64,000 nucleotides of DNA. It comes from a virus. Lineage: Duplodnaviria > Caudoviricetes. The translations under genes were made by a program, and so were the position numbers. Each line of letters opens with the position of its first letter. Within the stretch, counting starts at the first letter, position 1. The notes under the pieces were generated by a model, which was not told where the DNA came from, did no database searches, and was given only the letters and a program-made list of their open reading frames with translations. This document shows, one piece after another, positions 28,205-39,200 of this stretch. The stretch covers positions 8,568-72,567 of IMG/VR virus record IMGVR_UViG_3300043447_000415; one strand, 5' to 3'.

Positions 28205-31200
28205 TAGCCCTTAACCGACCACGAGAAGGTGCCGCCCACACGGTTTCCTGCTGAATCGTAGAGCAAGACCTTGAAGCCAGCGGCGTTGGGAGTGTCCACG
28301 AAGTCGTAGAGTCCGTATCGCGCACTCGAGCCTGCGGCGGGTGAAATCTCGACCGCCGAGATGTCGATGAACGGCGTACCGAAGCGAATCATCGTTCCGG
28401 GGCCGTCCGGCACCCGCACGCCAAAGCCGTTGTTGGGGTTCACGTTGGTGAGCGAGACGCCGTTGATGATCGCGTTGGTGCCCGACACGGCATCGGTCGC
28501 GCTGGCGGTATTCATGCCAGCTTCATTGCGAACTTTGGTGTCCAGCTTTACGTTCAACTTGGTGATTCGGTACAAGGAAAGGTTGTCACCCGTCACGTTC
28601 AGGCGCACCTTCACGTACCGGAAGTTGTTCACGAAGACTGAAGAGATGCCGTTGTAGTCCGTCCAGGCGTCGCCAGCATTGAGCTTCACGCTGATGTTGA
28701 TCGTGACCGTCGGATTGCCCGCCACGACGGAGCCGGTCGGCGTCACGGTGATCTTCGTGCCACCAATCGGAGTCTCGTAGTCGATCACTTCCTCGTAGAA
28801 GCCGGGGCTGTTCGCGGGTTGGATGAACACGGGAAAGCCTGCTGCGATCTGTGCATTGGGCGTCGTCCATGAGCGGCTCGTGAAGTGCTGCTCGAAGGTC
28901 TCGGTGGTGTTGACGGGCAGGATGTAGCTGCCGTCTGTGTCCAGGTACATGTTGGACTTGGTGCCGCCGAACGTCAGATCGTTGTTGGCCTTCAGCGCGT
29001 AGTCCGGCGGTTGACTGACGCTCGTGGTCACGTCGCCTGGGGTGCCGATGTTGCCCGCGCTGTCAACGCCCGCTACCCAGTAGGTATAGGTTCCTGCAAC
29101 TGTCTCGAAGACGGTTGTGAAGCCCCCTGCTTTCTGGCCGATAGGCTCTGCCGTCTCCCAGGTTGGTCCGCGACGCAGCTCGTTGGTGACAACAGGCAGC
29201 GTGCCGGCAGGCTGGGTCCAGTACAGCAGCACGTTGTTGTCCACGACTTGCTGAGTCAGATTGGGCTTCGTTGGCGCAGAGATGACGAGTGCGGCCGAAC
29301 CTGTGGCGCCAATGTTTCCATTCACGTCAACGGCCGCAACCCACCATGTTCGCGAACCGATCCACTGAGCTTTTGTGGAAATCGTCGTACCCTTGACTCG
29401 GCCGAGCACCGTTCCGGCCGCCCAGGAAGAGCCGTGGCGAATTTCGTACTCTTCGATCGGCAGTGTAGAGGTGGGTTCGGTCCAGTTGAGCTTGAACACG
29501 TCCAGCACGAACGAGCCACTGACCGAAGGTGCGGTCGGGGCCGAGACCGTGACGATGGTCGAGCCGGCGACGCCGACGTTTCCATTCACGTCTCGAGCTG
29601 CGATCCAGTAGGTTCGATTGCCGATCCACTCGACCGGAGCGCGGTAGGCGGTTGAGAGTGTCGTGGCAACCACTGTGCCGGCGGCCCAGGAAGTGCCGTA
29701 ACGAATCTCGTACTCGCGAATGGGGAGCGTGGCGCTCGGCGCGGTCCATGTCAGTTCCGCTTTTGCGACAACCACGGCCGACGAAACGCTCGGGGCGCCA
29801 GGCGCCGTGACGCTCGAGATGATCGAGGCGGGCGTTCCAAACTGCTTGTTGCTATCGACTGCTGCAACCCAGAGCTTTCGATCTCCAAGCCAGGTAATCG
29901 GCAGCGTGATTGTTGTCGTGTTGGCTTTGCCGATGATTTCGCCGGTGCCCCAGTCGTTGCCGTGACGAATATCGTAGTATGAGATTTCGAGCGAGCCGTT
30001 GACGGCCGACTGCCAGCTCAGCGTGGTGCTGGCTTGCGAGGTGGTTGAAGTCAGCCCTGTTGGCGCGTCGTACTTAACGAACGTGACCACTCGGCTTCCT
30101 GGCGAGCCGTAGCTGCCGGCGGTATCGACCGCAGCCACGAAGAACGTCTTGCTGGATGTCCAGTTGACCGGAATCGAGTAGAGACGGTCCGAGGTGATGC
30201 CCACCAGCGAGCCGGTCGCCCAGGTGGCACCCTCTCGAATCTCGTAGTGACGAATGGGCAGAGAACCCGTACTGGGCGCCGCCCAGGTCAGGATCGCGTT
30301 GCCGTCCTTGAACTGGTGCGCGACACTTACGACCCCTGGTGCGCCGATCGTGTTGACGTATGTTCCGCTCGGGCCTTGGTTGCCGTTGATGTCGGTGGCG
30401 CGAATGTTGAAGGTTGCGGACTCTGCCCAACTGACTTCAAGGTTGAGCGTGTTCGTGTATGCCTTGCCAACGAGCGTTCCTGTATTCCAGTCTGCGCCGC
30501 GACGAACTTCGTAGAAGTCGATCGGCAGAGTTTCTGCCGAGTCGGCCCAGGAGATCGTCACTTGGCTTTGGTTGTAGATTGCACCAAAGTTTGTGGGCGC
30601 ACGAGGCGCCAGCACGGTGAGAGAGCGGCTGCCGGCGGTTCCGACGTTTCCGTTCAGGTCGATGCCGACGACCCAGAAGGTGCGCGAACCGAGCCAGGTG
30701 ATTGGAATGGTCAACTGTCTGCCGTTGATCGTGCCAATAGCCACGCCGTTGGCAAAGCTCGAACCGAATCGAACCTCGTAGGCGCTGATCGGAAGGCTTG
30801 AAGATGGCGCCGACCACTCCAGGATGTAGTTGATCTCTTTCTGGGAGTGTGAAAGCGTCGGTGCCGAGGGCAAGTTGAAGACGGCACTTACGGAGGTGGG
30901 GGTGCCAACGCTCCCTGCAATATCGACGGTCGCTACCCAGATCAACTGAGTGGTTGTCCACTTGACCGGGGTCTTGTAGCTCAGGTCGGTGGTGGTGCCG
31001 ATCTCGACCGCTGTCGCCCAGGTTGCGCCACGTTTGATGACGTGGTGCTTGATGGGCAGCGAACCTGCGGTTGCGGCGCCCCAGCTCACCACGATGTCGG
31101 CGAGCGAGTAGGAGTAGGTCGGTGTCACGGTGCCAGGAGGCGCTATCGTCACCGACACGCGAGTGGCCACAGCACTGTAGTTGCCGGTCGTGTCGATCGC

Positions 31201-33927
31201 CTTAATCAGCCATTGATAGGTGCCCTGCGCGGCAGGTGGCACCTGAAACACGGTGAGTGGCGTCTCGATCAGCTTAGTGGCAGCTTCCCAGGATTGGCCC
31301 GCCACGGTACAGGCGCGAACCTCGTAGGACTTCACGTCCTCATCGGGGATGGGCACCCACGACAGCTCGACGCCCTGCGCGTTAGGTGCGGCGAAGAAGT
31401 TGGATACGTTCGACGGGGGCGCGGTTTTTCCAGCAATGGTGTAGGTGCCGGTCGCGCTGCTTGAGCGTTTGCCAAGAGGGTTGATGCCGATGACGGAAAC
31501 CTCGTAGGGGCCGACAGCGACATTGGGAACCTCGTAGGACAGCCCGTCGGTCACGCGCACGAACGTCCAGTTACTTCTGTTGCCGGCGCCGATGCCTCGA
31601 TAGGCAACTTCATACTGCGTCGAGTCGCCATACCAGAAGATCATCATCTTGTTGGCAAAGACGCCAGGTGCTGCCTTGTAGCGCGTTTCAGTCACAAACA
31701 ACTGAGTGGGTGTCTGCACGAAAGTGGCATCGAGAATGGAAGTTTTCCGATCCTCGAGTGTCAGTCCGAGCTCGATGGCGCCGAACTTGGATGGGTTGTG
31801 CTCGAGCGCCGTGATCTCGTACTCGGATGGGTTTTCTCCCTGACTGATGCCAATGACTCGAGCCAGAATCGGAACAAGATTCGGCTCGGAGATCATCCAC
31901 AAGGCGTTCTCAACGGGCAGTTGCGGCAATGCCGTCGCCCAGGTGACGGTCGTATGAGCTCCGGCGCTTTGGAAGATCACCCGATCCACGAACGAGCCAT
32001 CGGGCATCATCAGAGAGATGCTTGTTCCGGTCGATGTGATTGTGACTGGATTGTCCAGAGTCGCGCTGTTGACTGTTGCCGACTTGAGTCGGCCTGCCAC
32101 TCGACGCCCTGCTCTCGTGGTGTCGTGAATCTTGACCACGTTGCCAGGCATGACGAAGGCCGAGTCAACTCCCACCTTGAAGGTGATGAAGTCCGACTCG
32201 TACTTTTCGGTGTAGAGAATCCACTTGCCGACACGAGCTGCCTGTCCGCGAGAGGTGCATCCGAAAGCCAGCGTGTCCAGCTTCTTGACGCCGTAGAGGT
32301 TCACCAGTTCGCGATCCTCGACATACTCCACTTTCTGCTTGTAGAGGTCTTCGGGGTCGTTCCACGTTACGTGGACGATGCTGTGTCGATCCTTGCGAGC
32401 GCTGCCGGTGTACGAGAACGCGCCATCGATGACGTTGGCCGACGTGTAAAGCATGGACGGGTCGGTGGGTGCATCCTGGGTGAAGTTCACCATGCCGCCG
32501 TCCCAGAACCCCATGCCTCGGAAGACCGAGCTGATGTCCGAGACGAATTTGAATGCCTCTGCCTGGCTCGAGATGACCGTGTTGAGGGTGAACCTCGGCT
32601 CGGTGCCTCCAAAGCCATTGGGCACCAGGCCGTCGCAATAGCGCCCGATCGTGTAGAGCATCGCCTTGTCCACCTGGCTGTCTTCGATGAAGTTGCCCAG
32701 GCCGTAGCGTTTGTTTGTCAGAACGTCGAACATGATCCAGGCCGGATTGTTCGAGACTGCGTACTGAAAGCTGCCATTCCAGACACCCGTGTAGGTGCGA
32801 GTGGCTGCGTTGTAGTTGCTCGGAACGCGGATGTAGAGGCCGTTGACCAAGTAGGAACGATTGGGAATCTGGTTGAACTGCTGAGAGTCCACTCGCAGTC
32901 CGAAGATGGCCGAGTTCGGGTACGCCATGTTGAGCGTCACGATCTCGGAGTAGGAGTCGAGGAACAGGTCGTTCTGGACCAGTGCGCTCGTGGAGTCCGC
33001 CGTCAGGCGCTCCATGCGAATTCGAGTCTGTGCGCCGGGGGTGACGGGGATGACGTGAGAGCGCTGATAGCGCGAGCGTGACTTTCCGCTGATGATGGCG
33101 ATGGGGCTTGGAGCAAGCGAGCTTGCGGGGCCGGGCGTGATGAAAAGCGAGGTGCGAGACCGCGATACAACAATGAAGCGAACCTTCGAGACCTCCTCGG
33201 CCTCGATCGAGTACGTTTCACCATTAGGCTCCCAGACCGTATAAATGCTGTCGCCCCACCCCTGACTTGTCGGCACCCAACTCACAGTGAGCACTCTTGG
33301 CGCATCAATGTCTTGCCAAAGAAAGCCGACCTTGCGCTGTGCCTTGACCGTGATTGTTCCTGGCTGGTAGTTGCCGTCATCGGTGCCTGTCGCCTGAATC
33401 GTCGCCCTAAGTACCGTGGAGCCGGCAGATATTGTTGCCGTGTGATAGCTGTCCTCAACCGCCCACGATGCGCCGGCAACAGCGTTTGCCAGATTCTGCG
33501 GCACCCAGGTCGCGCCATTGTTGATTGAGGTGCTGAACTTGTACGACACCGACCCACCCGAAATGTCACCATTTCCGCCGTCAGTCGTGGTGAGGCTCGG
33601 CACATTGACGATCACGCGCACGGCGTCGGCATTGGGGTTGTTGACCGTGAAGGTGTAGGGTGTTGTCGTCTTGATCTGGGCGCCGACGCTGAAGGGGGCT
33701 TCGACGTAGTTGCCAAAAGACGGCATGACTGGTTGGGTGTTTGTGCCCCCGCGAATATCCCAGCTCAAGCCCTGGAAGTTCTTCGTTCCGTCCGCGTTCT
33801 CGATCGGAGTGTCATTCAGGTAAACCGACTTCAGGCCATTGACCAAGCCGCCAATAGGCCCCTCGCCCAGAAGGTCCAGGATCGAGAGAGTCGCCTTGGA
33901 CTGGAGGGAATCTTTTGCTTCGTTCAT
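28201..33927 (-). CDS. J: tail tip / host specificity protein J, FN3-expanded
   Basis: EGPIGGL, NNPAW, EPRFTLN, GCTSRGQA; many FN3-like repeats. Confidence 0.93.
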   Translation of the reverse strand: MNEAKDSLQSKATLSILDLLGEGPIGGLVNGLKSVYLNDTPIENADGTKNFQGLSWDIRGGTNTQPVMPSFGNYVEAPFSVGAQIKTTTPYTFTVNNPNADAVRVIVNVPSLTTTDGGNGDISGGSVSYKFSTSINNGATWVPQNLANAVAGASWAVEDSYHTATISAGSTVLRATIQATGTDDGNYQPGTITVKAQRKVGFLWQDIDAPRVLTVSWVPTSQGWGDSIYTVWEPNGETYSIEAEEVSKVRFIVVSRSRTSLFITPGPASSLAPSPIAIISGKSRSRYQRSHVIPVTPGAQTRIRMERLTADSTSALVQNDLFLDSYSEIVTLNMAYPNSAIFGLRVDSQQFNQIPNRSYLVNGLYIRVPSNYNAATRTYTGVWNGSFQYAVSNNPAWIMFDVLTNKRYGLGNFIEDSQVDKAMLYTIGRYCDGLVPNGFGGTEPRFTLNTVISSQAEAFKFVSDISSVFRGMGFWDGGMVNFTQDAPTDPSMLYTSANVIDGAFSYTGSARKDRHSIVHVTWNDPEDLYKQKVEYVEDRELVNLYGVKKLDTLAFGCTSRGQAARVGKWILYTEKYESDFITFKVGVDSAFVMPGNVVKIHDTTRAGRRVAGRLKSATVNSATLDNPVTITSTGTSISLMMPDGSFVDRVIFQSAGAHTTVTWATALPQLPVENALWMISEPNLVPILARVIGISQGENPSEYEITALEHNPSKFGAIELGLTLEDRKTSILDATFVQTPTQLFVTETRYKAAPGVFANKMMIFWYGDSTQYEVAYRGIGAGNRSNWTFVRVTDGLSYEVPNVAVGPYEVSVIGINPLGKRSSSATGTYTIAGKTAPPSNVSNFFAAPNAQGVELSWVPIPDEDVKSYEVRACTVAGQSWEAATKLIETPLTVFQVPPAAQGTYQWLIKAIDTTGNYSAVATRVSVTIAPPGTVTPTYSYSLADIVVSWGAATAGSLPIKHHVIKRGATWATAVEIGTTTDLSYKTPVKWTTTQLIWVATVDIAGSVGTPTSVSAVFNLPSAPTLSHSQKEINYILEWSAPSSSLPISAYEVRFGSSFANGVAIGTINGRQLTIPITWLGSRTFWVVGIDLNGNVGTAGSRSLTVLAPRAPTNFGAIYNQSQVTISWADSAETLPIDFYEVRRGADWNTGTLVGKAYTNTLNLEVSWAESATFNIRATDINGNQGPSGTYVNTIGAPGVVSVAHQFKDGNAILTWAAPSTGSLPIRHYEIREGATWATGSLVGITSDRLYSIPVNWTSSKTFFVAAVDTAGSYGSPGSRVVTFVKYDAPTGLTSTTSQASTTLSWQSAVNGSLEISYYDIRHGNDWGTGEIIGKANTTTITLPITWLGDRKLWVAAVDSNKQFGTPASIISSVTAPGAPSVSSAVVVAKAELTWTAPSATLPIREYEIRYGTSWAAGTVVATTLSTAYRAPVEWIGNRTYWIAARDVNGNVGVAGSTIVTVSAPTAPSVSGSFVLDVFKLNWTEPTSTLPIEEYEIRHGSSWAAGTVLGRVKGTTISTKAQWIGSRTWWVAAVDVNGNIGATGSAALVISAPTKPNLTQQVVDNNVLLYWTQPAGTLPVVTNELRRGPTWETAEPIGQKAGGFTTVFETVAGTYTYWVAGVDSAGNIGTPGDVTTSVSQPPDYALKANNDLTFGGTKSNMYLDTDGSYILPVNTTETFEQHFTSRSWTTPNAQIAAGFPVFIQPANSPGFYEEVIDYETPIGGTKITVTPTGSVVAGNPTVTINISVKLNAGDAWTDYNGISSVFVNNFRYVKVRLNVTGDNLSLYRITKLNVKLDTKVRNEAGMNTASATDAVSGTNAIINGVSLTNVNPNNGFGVRVPDGPGTMIRFGTPFIDISAVEISPAAGSSARYGLYDFVDTPNAAGFKVLLYDSAGNRVGGTFSWSVKGY

Positions 33928-34496
33928 GTTGGGGCGACCTCATCGACTGAAATTGAGGCAGAAATAGGATGTGAACCGATCAGCACCTGGCCGTAGATCA
34001 ACGGTACGGGATTACCCTGGCGCTCCGTGTTCACCGGACCGTCAAAGTAGAAGGAGTTTCGCTGCTGGTCGGGTTCAGTCTGTCTTGGGCGCGGGCTGAG
34101 CACCTCGATCACGCCGCCAATAATCAGTGTCGCGCCCAGCTTGTAGAGGTAGGGGTTCTGAATCGTCAAGAAGTTGGCAACGATGATAATGATGCCGACG
34201 ATGATCTTGGCCACACCGCTCGCGCCTGCGACGGTGGGTGAGAATCGAATCGATTTGAGGTTGGTTCTGGTGACTGCGTATGTGCTGTCCCCTAGCTCCT
34301 CCTCGCGGTCATCGTCGAAGGTGCAGACAACCCGGTAGGCGTCGTACTTCTCGCGGTTGGCGATAATCCACGCCTTCAAACCAGGCTTGTTGGCCTCGAT
34401 CATGCGAAGTGCCTCGGCGGGACTGGAAACATCAAGCTCCCACTCCTTGCCGAATTTCTTTCCCATGACGCCGTCGAGGCGAACTTTTGTCAGCAT
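33924..34496 (-). CDS. I: tail assembly protein I
   Basis: SPAEALR...; QGNPVPLIYG; synteny. Confidence 0.88.
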   Translation of the reverse strand: MLTKVRLDGVMGKKFGKEWELDVSSPAEALRMIEANKPGLKAWIIANREKYDAYRVVCTFDDDREEELGDSTYAVTRTNLKSIRFSPTVAGASGVAKIIVGIIIIVANFLTIQNPYLYKLGATLIIGGVIEVLSPRPRQTEPDQQRNSFYFDGPVNTERQGNPVPLIYGQVLIGSHPISASISVDEVAPT

Positions 34497-35239
34497 TTTG
34501 TTCGATGTCTGAGGTGTAACTTGACCCTGGAGTACCAGTAAGGCCCGAACGTCTCTTGCCTTGAGAGGCGATTGACGAGGTGATGCAAAATTATATCACC
34601 CGTGACATATAACGCAATGTGGTTAGCGACCTGAGAATCCATCGCAATGCACAGGACGTCACCCCGCTCGAACGACTCGTCTTGAACGACCTGAAAGCCT
34701 TGAGACTCCCAGTGGTCGCCGACGATGTCCAGGCCCTTGTTCCACCAGTGGTCGATTCGCAGATGCGGCAGCCGATCCAGCGTGATGTCGAACTCACGGC
34801 GGTAGTAGTCGGTCAGCAGAGAATAGCAATCGAAGGTGCCAAAGACATAGGGTCGCCCGACGTAGTCCACCTGGAAGCCCGACGGTTTGACGAGTCTGGT
34901 GCCCTCATGGATCAGGCCGCCATCCAGCGTTCGCAAGCTCGAGATCAGCCAAGGTAGCTCCGACGCCTCGCAGCCGGCCAGGTCCGCTTCGGACGGCTCG
35001 TTGCTTGTGTCGGGGTGAGAGTGCCAGATGGCCAGAATTTCACCGGCGTCCTCCGCTCGGGCGTAGTCGATGTGAGAGATCAGAAATTGGCTATTCGAGT
35101 CGGCGACGTTCTCGCACGGCATGAACTCGGCCTTCTTTCCGCGTCCGATGACGAATCCGCACGCCTCTCTTGGATAGCAGGCTTCCGCATGACGGCGCAT
35201 GGCGCCGGTCAGCGCATCAAGTTGTTCCTCTAACTGCAC
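34490..35239 (-). CDS. K: tail assembly protein K (JAB plus NlpC/P60)
   Basis: EACG, HSHP...SEAD, FDCYSL, NHIALY; GTG start at 35239. Confidence 0.9.
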   Translation of the reverse strand: MQLEEQLDALTGAMRRHAEACYPREACGFVIGRGKKAEFMPCENVADSNSQFLISHIDYARAEDAGEILAIWHSHPDTSNEPSEADLAGCEASELPWLISSLRTLDGGLIHEGTRLVKPSGFQVDYVGRPYVFGTFDCYSLLTDYYRREFDITLDRLPHLRIDHWWNKGLDIVGDHWESQGFQVVQDESFERGDVLCIAMDSQVANHIALYVTGDIILHHLVNRLSRQETFGPYWYSRVKLHLRHRTKC

Positions 35240-35909
35240 CGGGAAACCCTCCAAATCGAATGGGCTGAACGCCAAAGCGGACTCTGCAAGCGGCGAGCGT
35301 CTTGGCGCACGCATCGTTTGCCGGAGCGCTGGGCGCGTTGTTCACATCGTAATTGGCACCCGTCCACCCGCATTCGGTGCCACGGTACTTCCACGAGCAA
35401 CTGTTCTGAATGATCTGACGGTTTGGAAGCTGCTGGCCCATCAAGTCGAACGCCGAAGATAGCTCGAACTCGATGATGTAGCGGTTCTCGGTGAGCTTGC
35501 GCTCCACGAACCACAAGTCATCAGGAATGAACTGGTTCGCATCGGCGGTCGGGTTCGTGCCGCCTGGGAAATTGACCGCGTCGATGTATTTGGCAAACGT
35601 GCGCTTGCGCGTGACCTTGCAACCCACGAAGTCGTTGAAGGACTTGACCGATGCCGACAGAAGTCCGTTGACGTTGGCGATTCGCATCTTGGGCCTTGGT
35701 AGAGAGCCCTTTGTGGTCACGTCGAAGCCCTCCGCTTCGATCGGCAGGGGCTCGTAGGTCTGACCCTGCCACACAACAGGCTGCATCAGACCGTTCGTGC
35801 CTGCGTGAAATCGCATCAGCGAACCTCCGGGCAGGTTGGTCGAATCCAGAATGAAGAAGTCCAGAAGCGCCGATGGCGCCAAGGATTGGATCTCTGCTCG
35901 AATGGTCAT
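35217..35909 (-). CDS. L: minor tail protein L
   Basis: CSWKYRGTECG...CAKTLAAC..RFG..FGGFPG Fe-S motif. Confidence 0.92.
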   Translation of the reverse strand: MTIRAEIQSLAPSALLDFFILDSTNLPGGSLMRFHAGTNGLMQPVVWQGQTYEPLPIEAEGFDVTTKGSLPRPKMRIANVNGLLSASVKSFNDFVGCKVTRKRTFAKYIDAVNFPGGTNPTADANQFIPDDLWFVERKLTENRYIIEFELSSAFDLMGQQLPNRQIIQNSCSWKYRGTECGWTGANYDVNNAPSAPANDACAKTLAACRVRFGVQPIRFGGFPGAVRGTT

Positions 35910-35912
35910 TCT

Positions 35913-36248
35913 TTAAGCCTCAAACACTTGCTCGAAGTCGAACGTGACGACGTTGTGACCCTGCTTGCGGGACACGCGCCAGCTTCGGCACACGAAAATC
36001 TTCGTCTGCTCGAACGGCGTCATCCAGAAGAAGCTCTCCGAGCCGTTGCGAGCCTGAACAAAGGCCAGCACATCGGGGAAGCTGGCAGAGCTTCGTACAA
36101 ACTCCAGAGACCACTTCTCCGGGTTGTTGTTGATGCCCGTCGGCGTTCTCAATTCGTACCCATCGCCGAACTTCGTCACGTTGACGGCCGGCTCCTGCGA
36201 CATCTGAGATTCGTAGCTGGGTTGCCAAATAAAAGTCGGTCTTGCCAT
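35913..36248 (-). CDS. M: minor tail protein M
   Basis: KFGDGYE.R...GINN; SFFWMTP. Confidence 0.9.
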   Translation of the reverse strand: MARPTFIWQPSYESQMSQEPAVNVTKFGDGYELRTPTGINNNPEKWSLEFVRSSASFPDVLAFVQARNGSESFFWMTPFEQTKIFVCRSWRVSRKQGHNVVTFDFEQVFEA

Positions 36249-36263
36249 TTGTTCACCTGTGAC

Positions 36264-39200
36264 TTATCGATACAGCAGGCCGCCAGGGCGCTGCTGCGTA
36301 ACCATTTCTTCCATCACCACGCCACGCACCTTGCTGGCCACCCGCTTCCAGGTCTCGGCATCATCACCTTGGCCAGAAGAGGTCTCGCTTCCATCCTTGT
36401 TGACGACGATGTTGATGACCACGCCGCCTTGGTTGGTGGTCGTGTTGTTGCTGCCTGTCATCGTGACGGGGATGCTGCGGCCGTCAGGCAGTGGCACGTA
36501 GGCTTCGTTCATGGAGCCTTCACCGAAGAGCGCGAGCTGCGGGCTTGTAGCGATGCCGCCCTTGGCGTACTTGTTCAGTGGCATGGAGCCCATAGCGGAC
36601 ATGACGCCACCTTTGGCAAAGCCGAACAGGCTCATGCCCAGTTTGAGCAGGTCGCCCATTCCACCGCCGCCACCGCCGCCACCGCCGAACAAGCCCATGA
36701 TGCCGTCGAGCATACCGGACAGACCGCCCTTGAGGCTGTCGAAGAGGCCACCCATGGAGCCCTTGAGCGTGTCCCAGACAGTCGAGAAGTTTTCCTTCAC
36801 CGAGTCCCAGACGCTGCTCAGCTTTTCCTTTACGGCCGTGAACATCTCTTCTTCCGGGTTCTTCAACTTTCCGGACGTGGCGTTGATGACGTGATATGGA
36901 GCGTTTGCGGAGCCGTCGGCTTTGCCGGAAGCTCCAGCGCTTCCCAGGCCCAGCATGCCGCTCATCATGTTGGCGAAGCCGCCGGTCACGCTCGTCACCG
37001 CATCGCCCAGTACGTTGCGAATCAGGATGGTGTTCACATCCTTCAACGCACCGATCACCAAGTCCTTGAACTTGCCAACCTTCTCACCGTTCATCGCCTT
37101 GGTAATGTAGTCCATTGTCTGCTGCGCCCAGTTGGCCGAAGCCTGGTTCATCGCATCGACGGAGTTGCGCCAGCTATCGGCGAGCTTGTCGAGCGCCGAC
37201 TTGGCGTTCTGCATGTAGCGCAACCATGCCTCGGAGCGGTACTGCGAGCCGGCATCCTCAAGATGGTTCAGTTCGCTCTGGTAAGCCGCGAAGCTTATGT
37301 GACCCGCCTGGAAGCGATCCTCGAGCGCCCACAGCTTCGCGTCTTCGTTGAGGGTGAACTCGCGCAGCTCTTCCTGGTAGGTGGCCACGGCCACCTGCTT
37401 GTAGTCCATCGTCGAGCGCATCCGAGCGATCTTCGAGCGCTCCACACCCTTGACCGTGTCCTCAACGAACTTCTTGTTCTCCTCGCGCATCTCGAACATC
37501 GAGCGCAGGTTGCGAGTCTCTGTTGCGTTGGCTACGGCCTTGTTGCGCTGCGCCTCGATGCGCTGGTATTCGTCGCTGGTCTTGTCCAGTTTCTTGAGCA
37601 GCTCGTCGTACTTGGCGATGACGGAATTGAGCGCCTTGCTTTCCTTCGAGATACCGTTCGTTGCCGTCTCTTCACGAGCGGCGTCCAGGTCGCGCAGTGA
37701 GTCGGCGAGCAGGTTGTTCGAGGTTTCCTGAGCTTTGTTGGCGTCCTTGTAGCGTTGCTCCGTGGTCAGGTTGTTGATGATGTCCAGAACTTGCTTGCTC
37801 TGCGTCTCGGTCAACTTCAAGCCTGCGATGAAGTCATCGACGGACTTCTTGCCGTTGACGACTTCCTTCATGAACTCCGCAACGAAGCCTTTGCGTTTGT
37901 CGATGTTGCCAAAGCGCACCGGCACCTTCTCTTTGCCTTCGGCGTCCATCTCCTTGGTGTCGAACTTGCCCTCGGCGATGTCACCCAGCACGCCAACGGC
38001 GATCTGGTTCTTGATGTCGCCGATCTCTTTCGAGCCGATCAGAGCCTGCTTGTAGGCGATCAGCGCTTCAGCGGCGGCCGCTTTGGCACGCTCGGCTTCA
38101 CGCAGGATCGGGTCTTCCTTCAGGTTGGGTTTGTCGTCCTTGCGAGTGGTGGGCACGCGGCCCAGCGACTGCTCGGCCTGCTTGATGGCGCTGCTCGTCT
38201 CTTCGATCTTGTCGTTGATGAACTTCAACTGCCCTTCAAGCGCCTTGCGTTTGGAGGGATCGGTTTCCGTCTTGAGAATGCCTGCAACCTCAAGCTGGCG
38301 CTCTCGTGCGTAGTCGAGCAGATAGCGTTCGCGAGCGATCACCAAGGCGTTTTTCTTGGCGGTGTATCGCTTGCTGATGGCGTCTTCTTCGGATTCAGTC
38401 AGCTTCTTGCCGCTCGCGGCAGCGGCGCTGCGAGCCTTGTCCAGCTCGGTGCGTTCCGCCTTTGAAAGCTCTGCCGCTTCACTGCGCAAGGCGTCAACCT
38501 TGCCCTCTGTGGCGCGACGGTATGTACGCTCGAACTGAGAAACTGATCGTCCGACAGTTTCCTCATCCAGCAGTCGCGTCTGTTCGGCAGATTGTTTGGT
38601 GGCTTGCTCGTATACGGCGTTGCGCTCAGCCAATTGCTTTTCGAGCGATGCTCGGTAAGCCGCCACATCAGCACCGCCCCGCGAATCACGGAAACCGGCG
38701 CCCAGCGCACGACTGATCGAACGAGCGGACGTGTCACCGTCCTTGTCCAGGTCGTTCAGAACCGTCTTGAGAGTCTTGATGGCTTTAGCCGCCTCGTTGG
38801 CCCGATCCGTGGCTTTGGCCAGGTCGTCCTTTGATGCAACGCCCGCCTCGGTGCGCTTGACAACCTCCTGGAACTCCTTCCAGCGGTTCATGTACTCCCA
38901 GAGCTTCTGGCCGAGCGTGACGAGCACGCCGATCGCGATACCCACCCAACCTCCGAAGGCATTGAAGAGCACGCCGGCGCCAGACATGGCTCGAGACAGG
39001 ATACCCACCCCGGTCGCTGCGTTGGTCGCGGCCGTAGCTTGCTGACCCAGCAGACTGGCCATCATGCGAGCGTGTTGCGCCGCCAGCGCTGCGGACTCTG
39101 CCTGGCGATTGTTGGCAGTTGTGGCGTTGCGAGTTGTCTGAATCGATTGCAAGAGCGCGGCGTCGCGCGCCTTAATTGCGGCGATCTCAGCCTGAACTGC

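Noticed and set aside
35805-37700. Long plus-strand ORFs (also 1455-2633, 5668-6957, 20480-22117, 45576-47021, 48014-49636, 49727-51094)
   Set aside because: They lie antisense to well-supported minus-strand genes, as expected from GC-rich codon bias; no motifs or RBS
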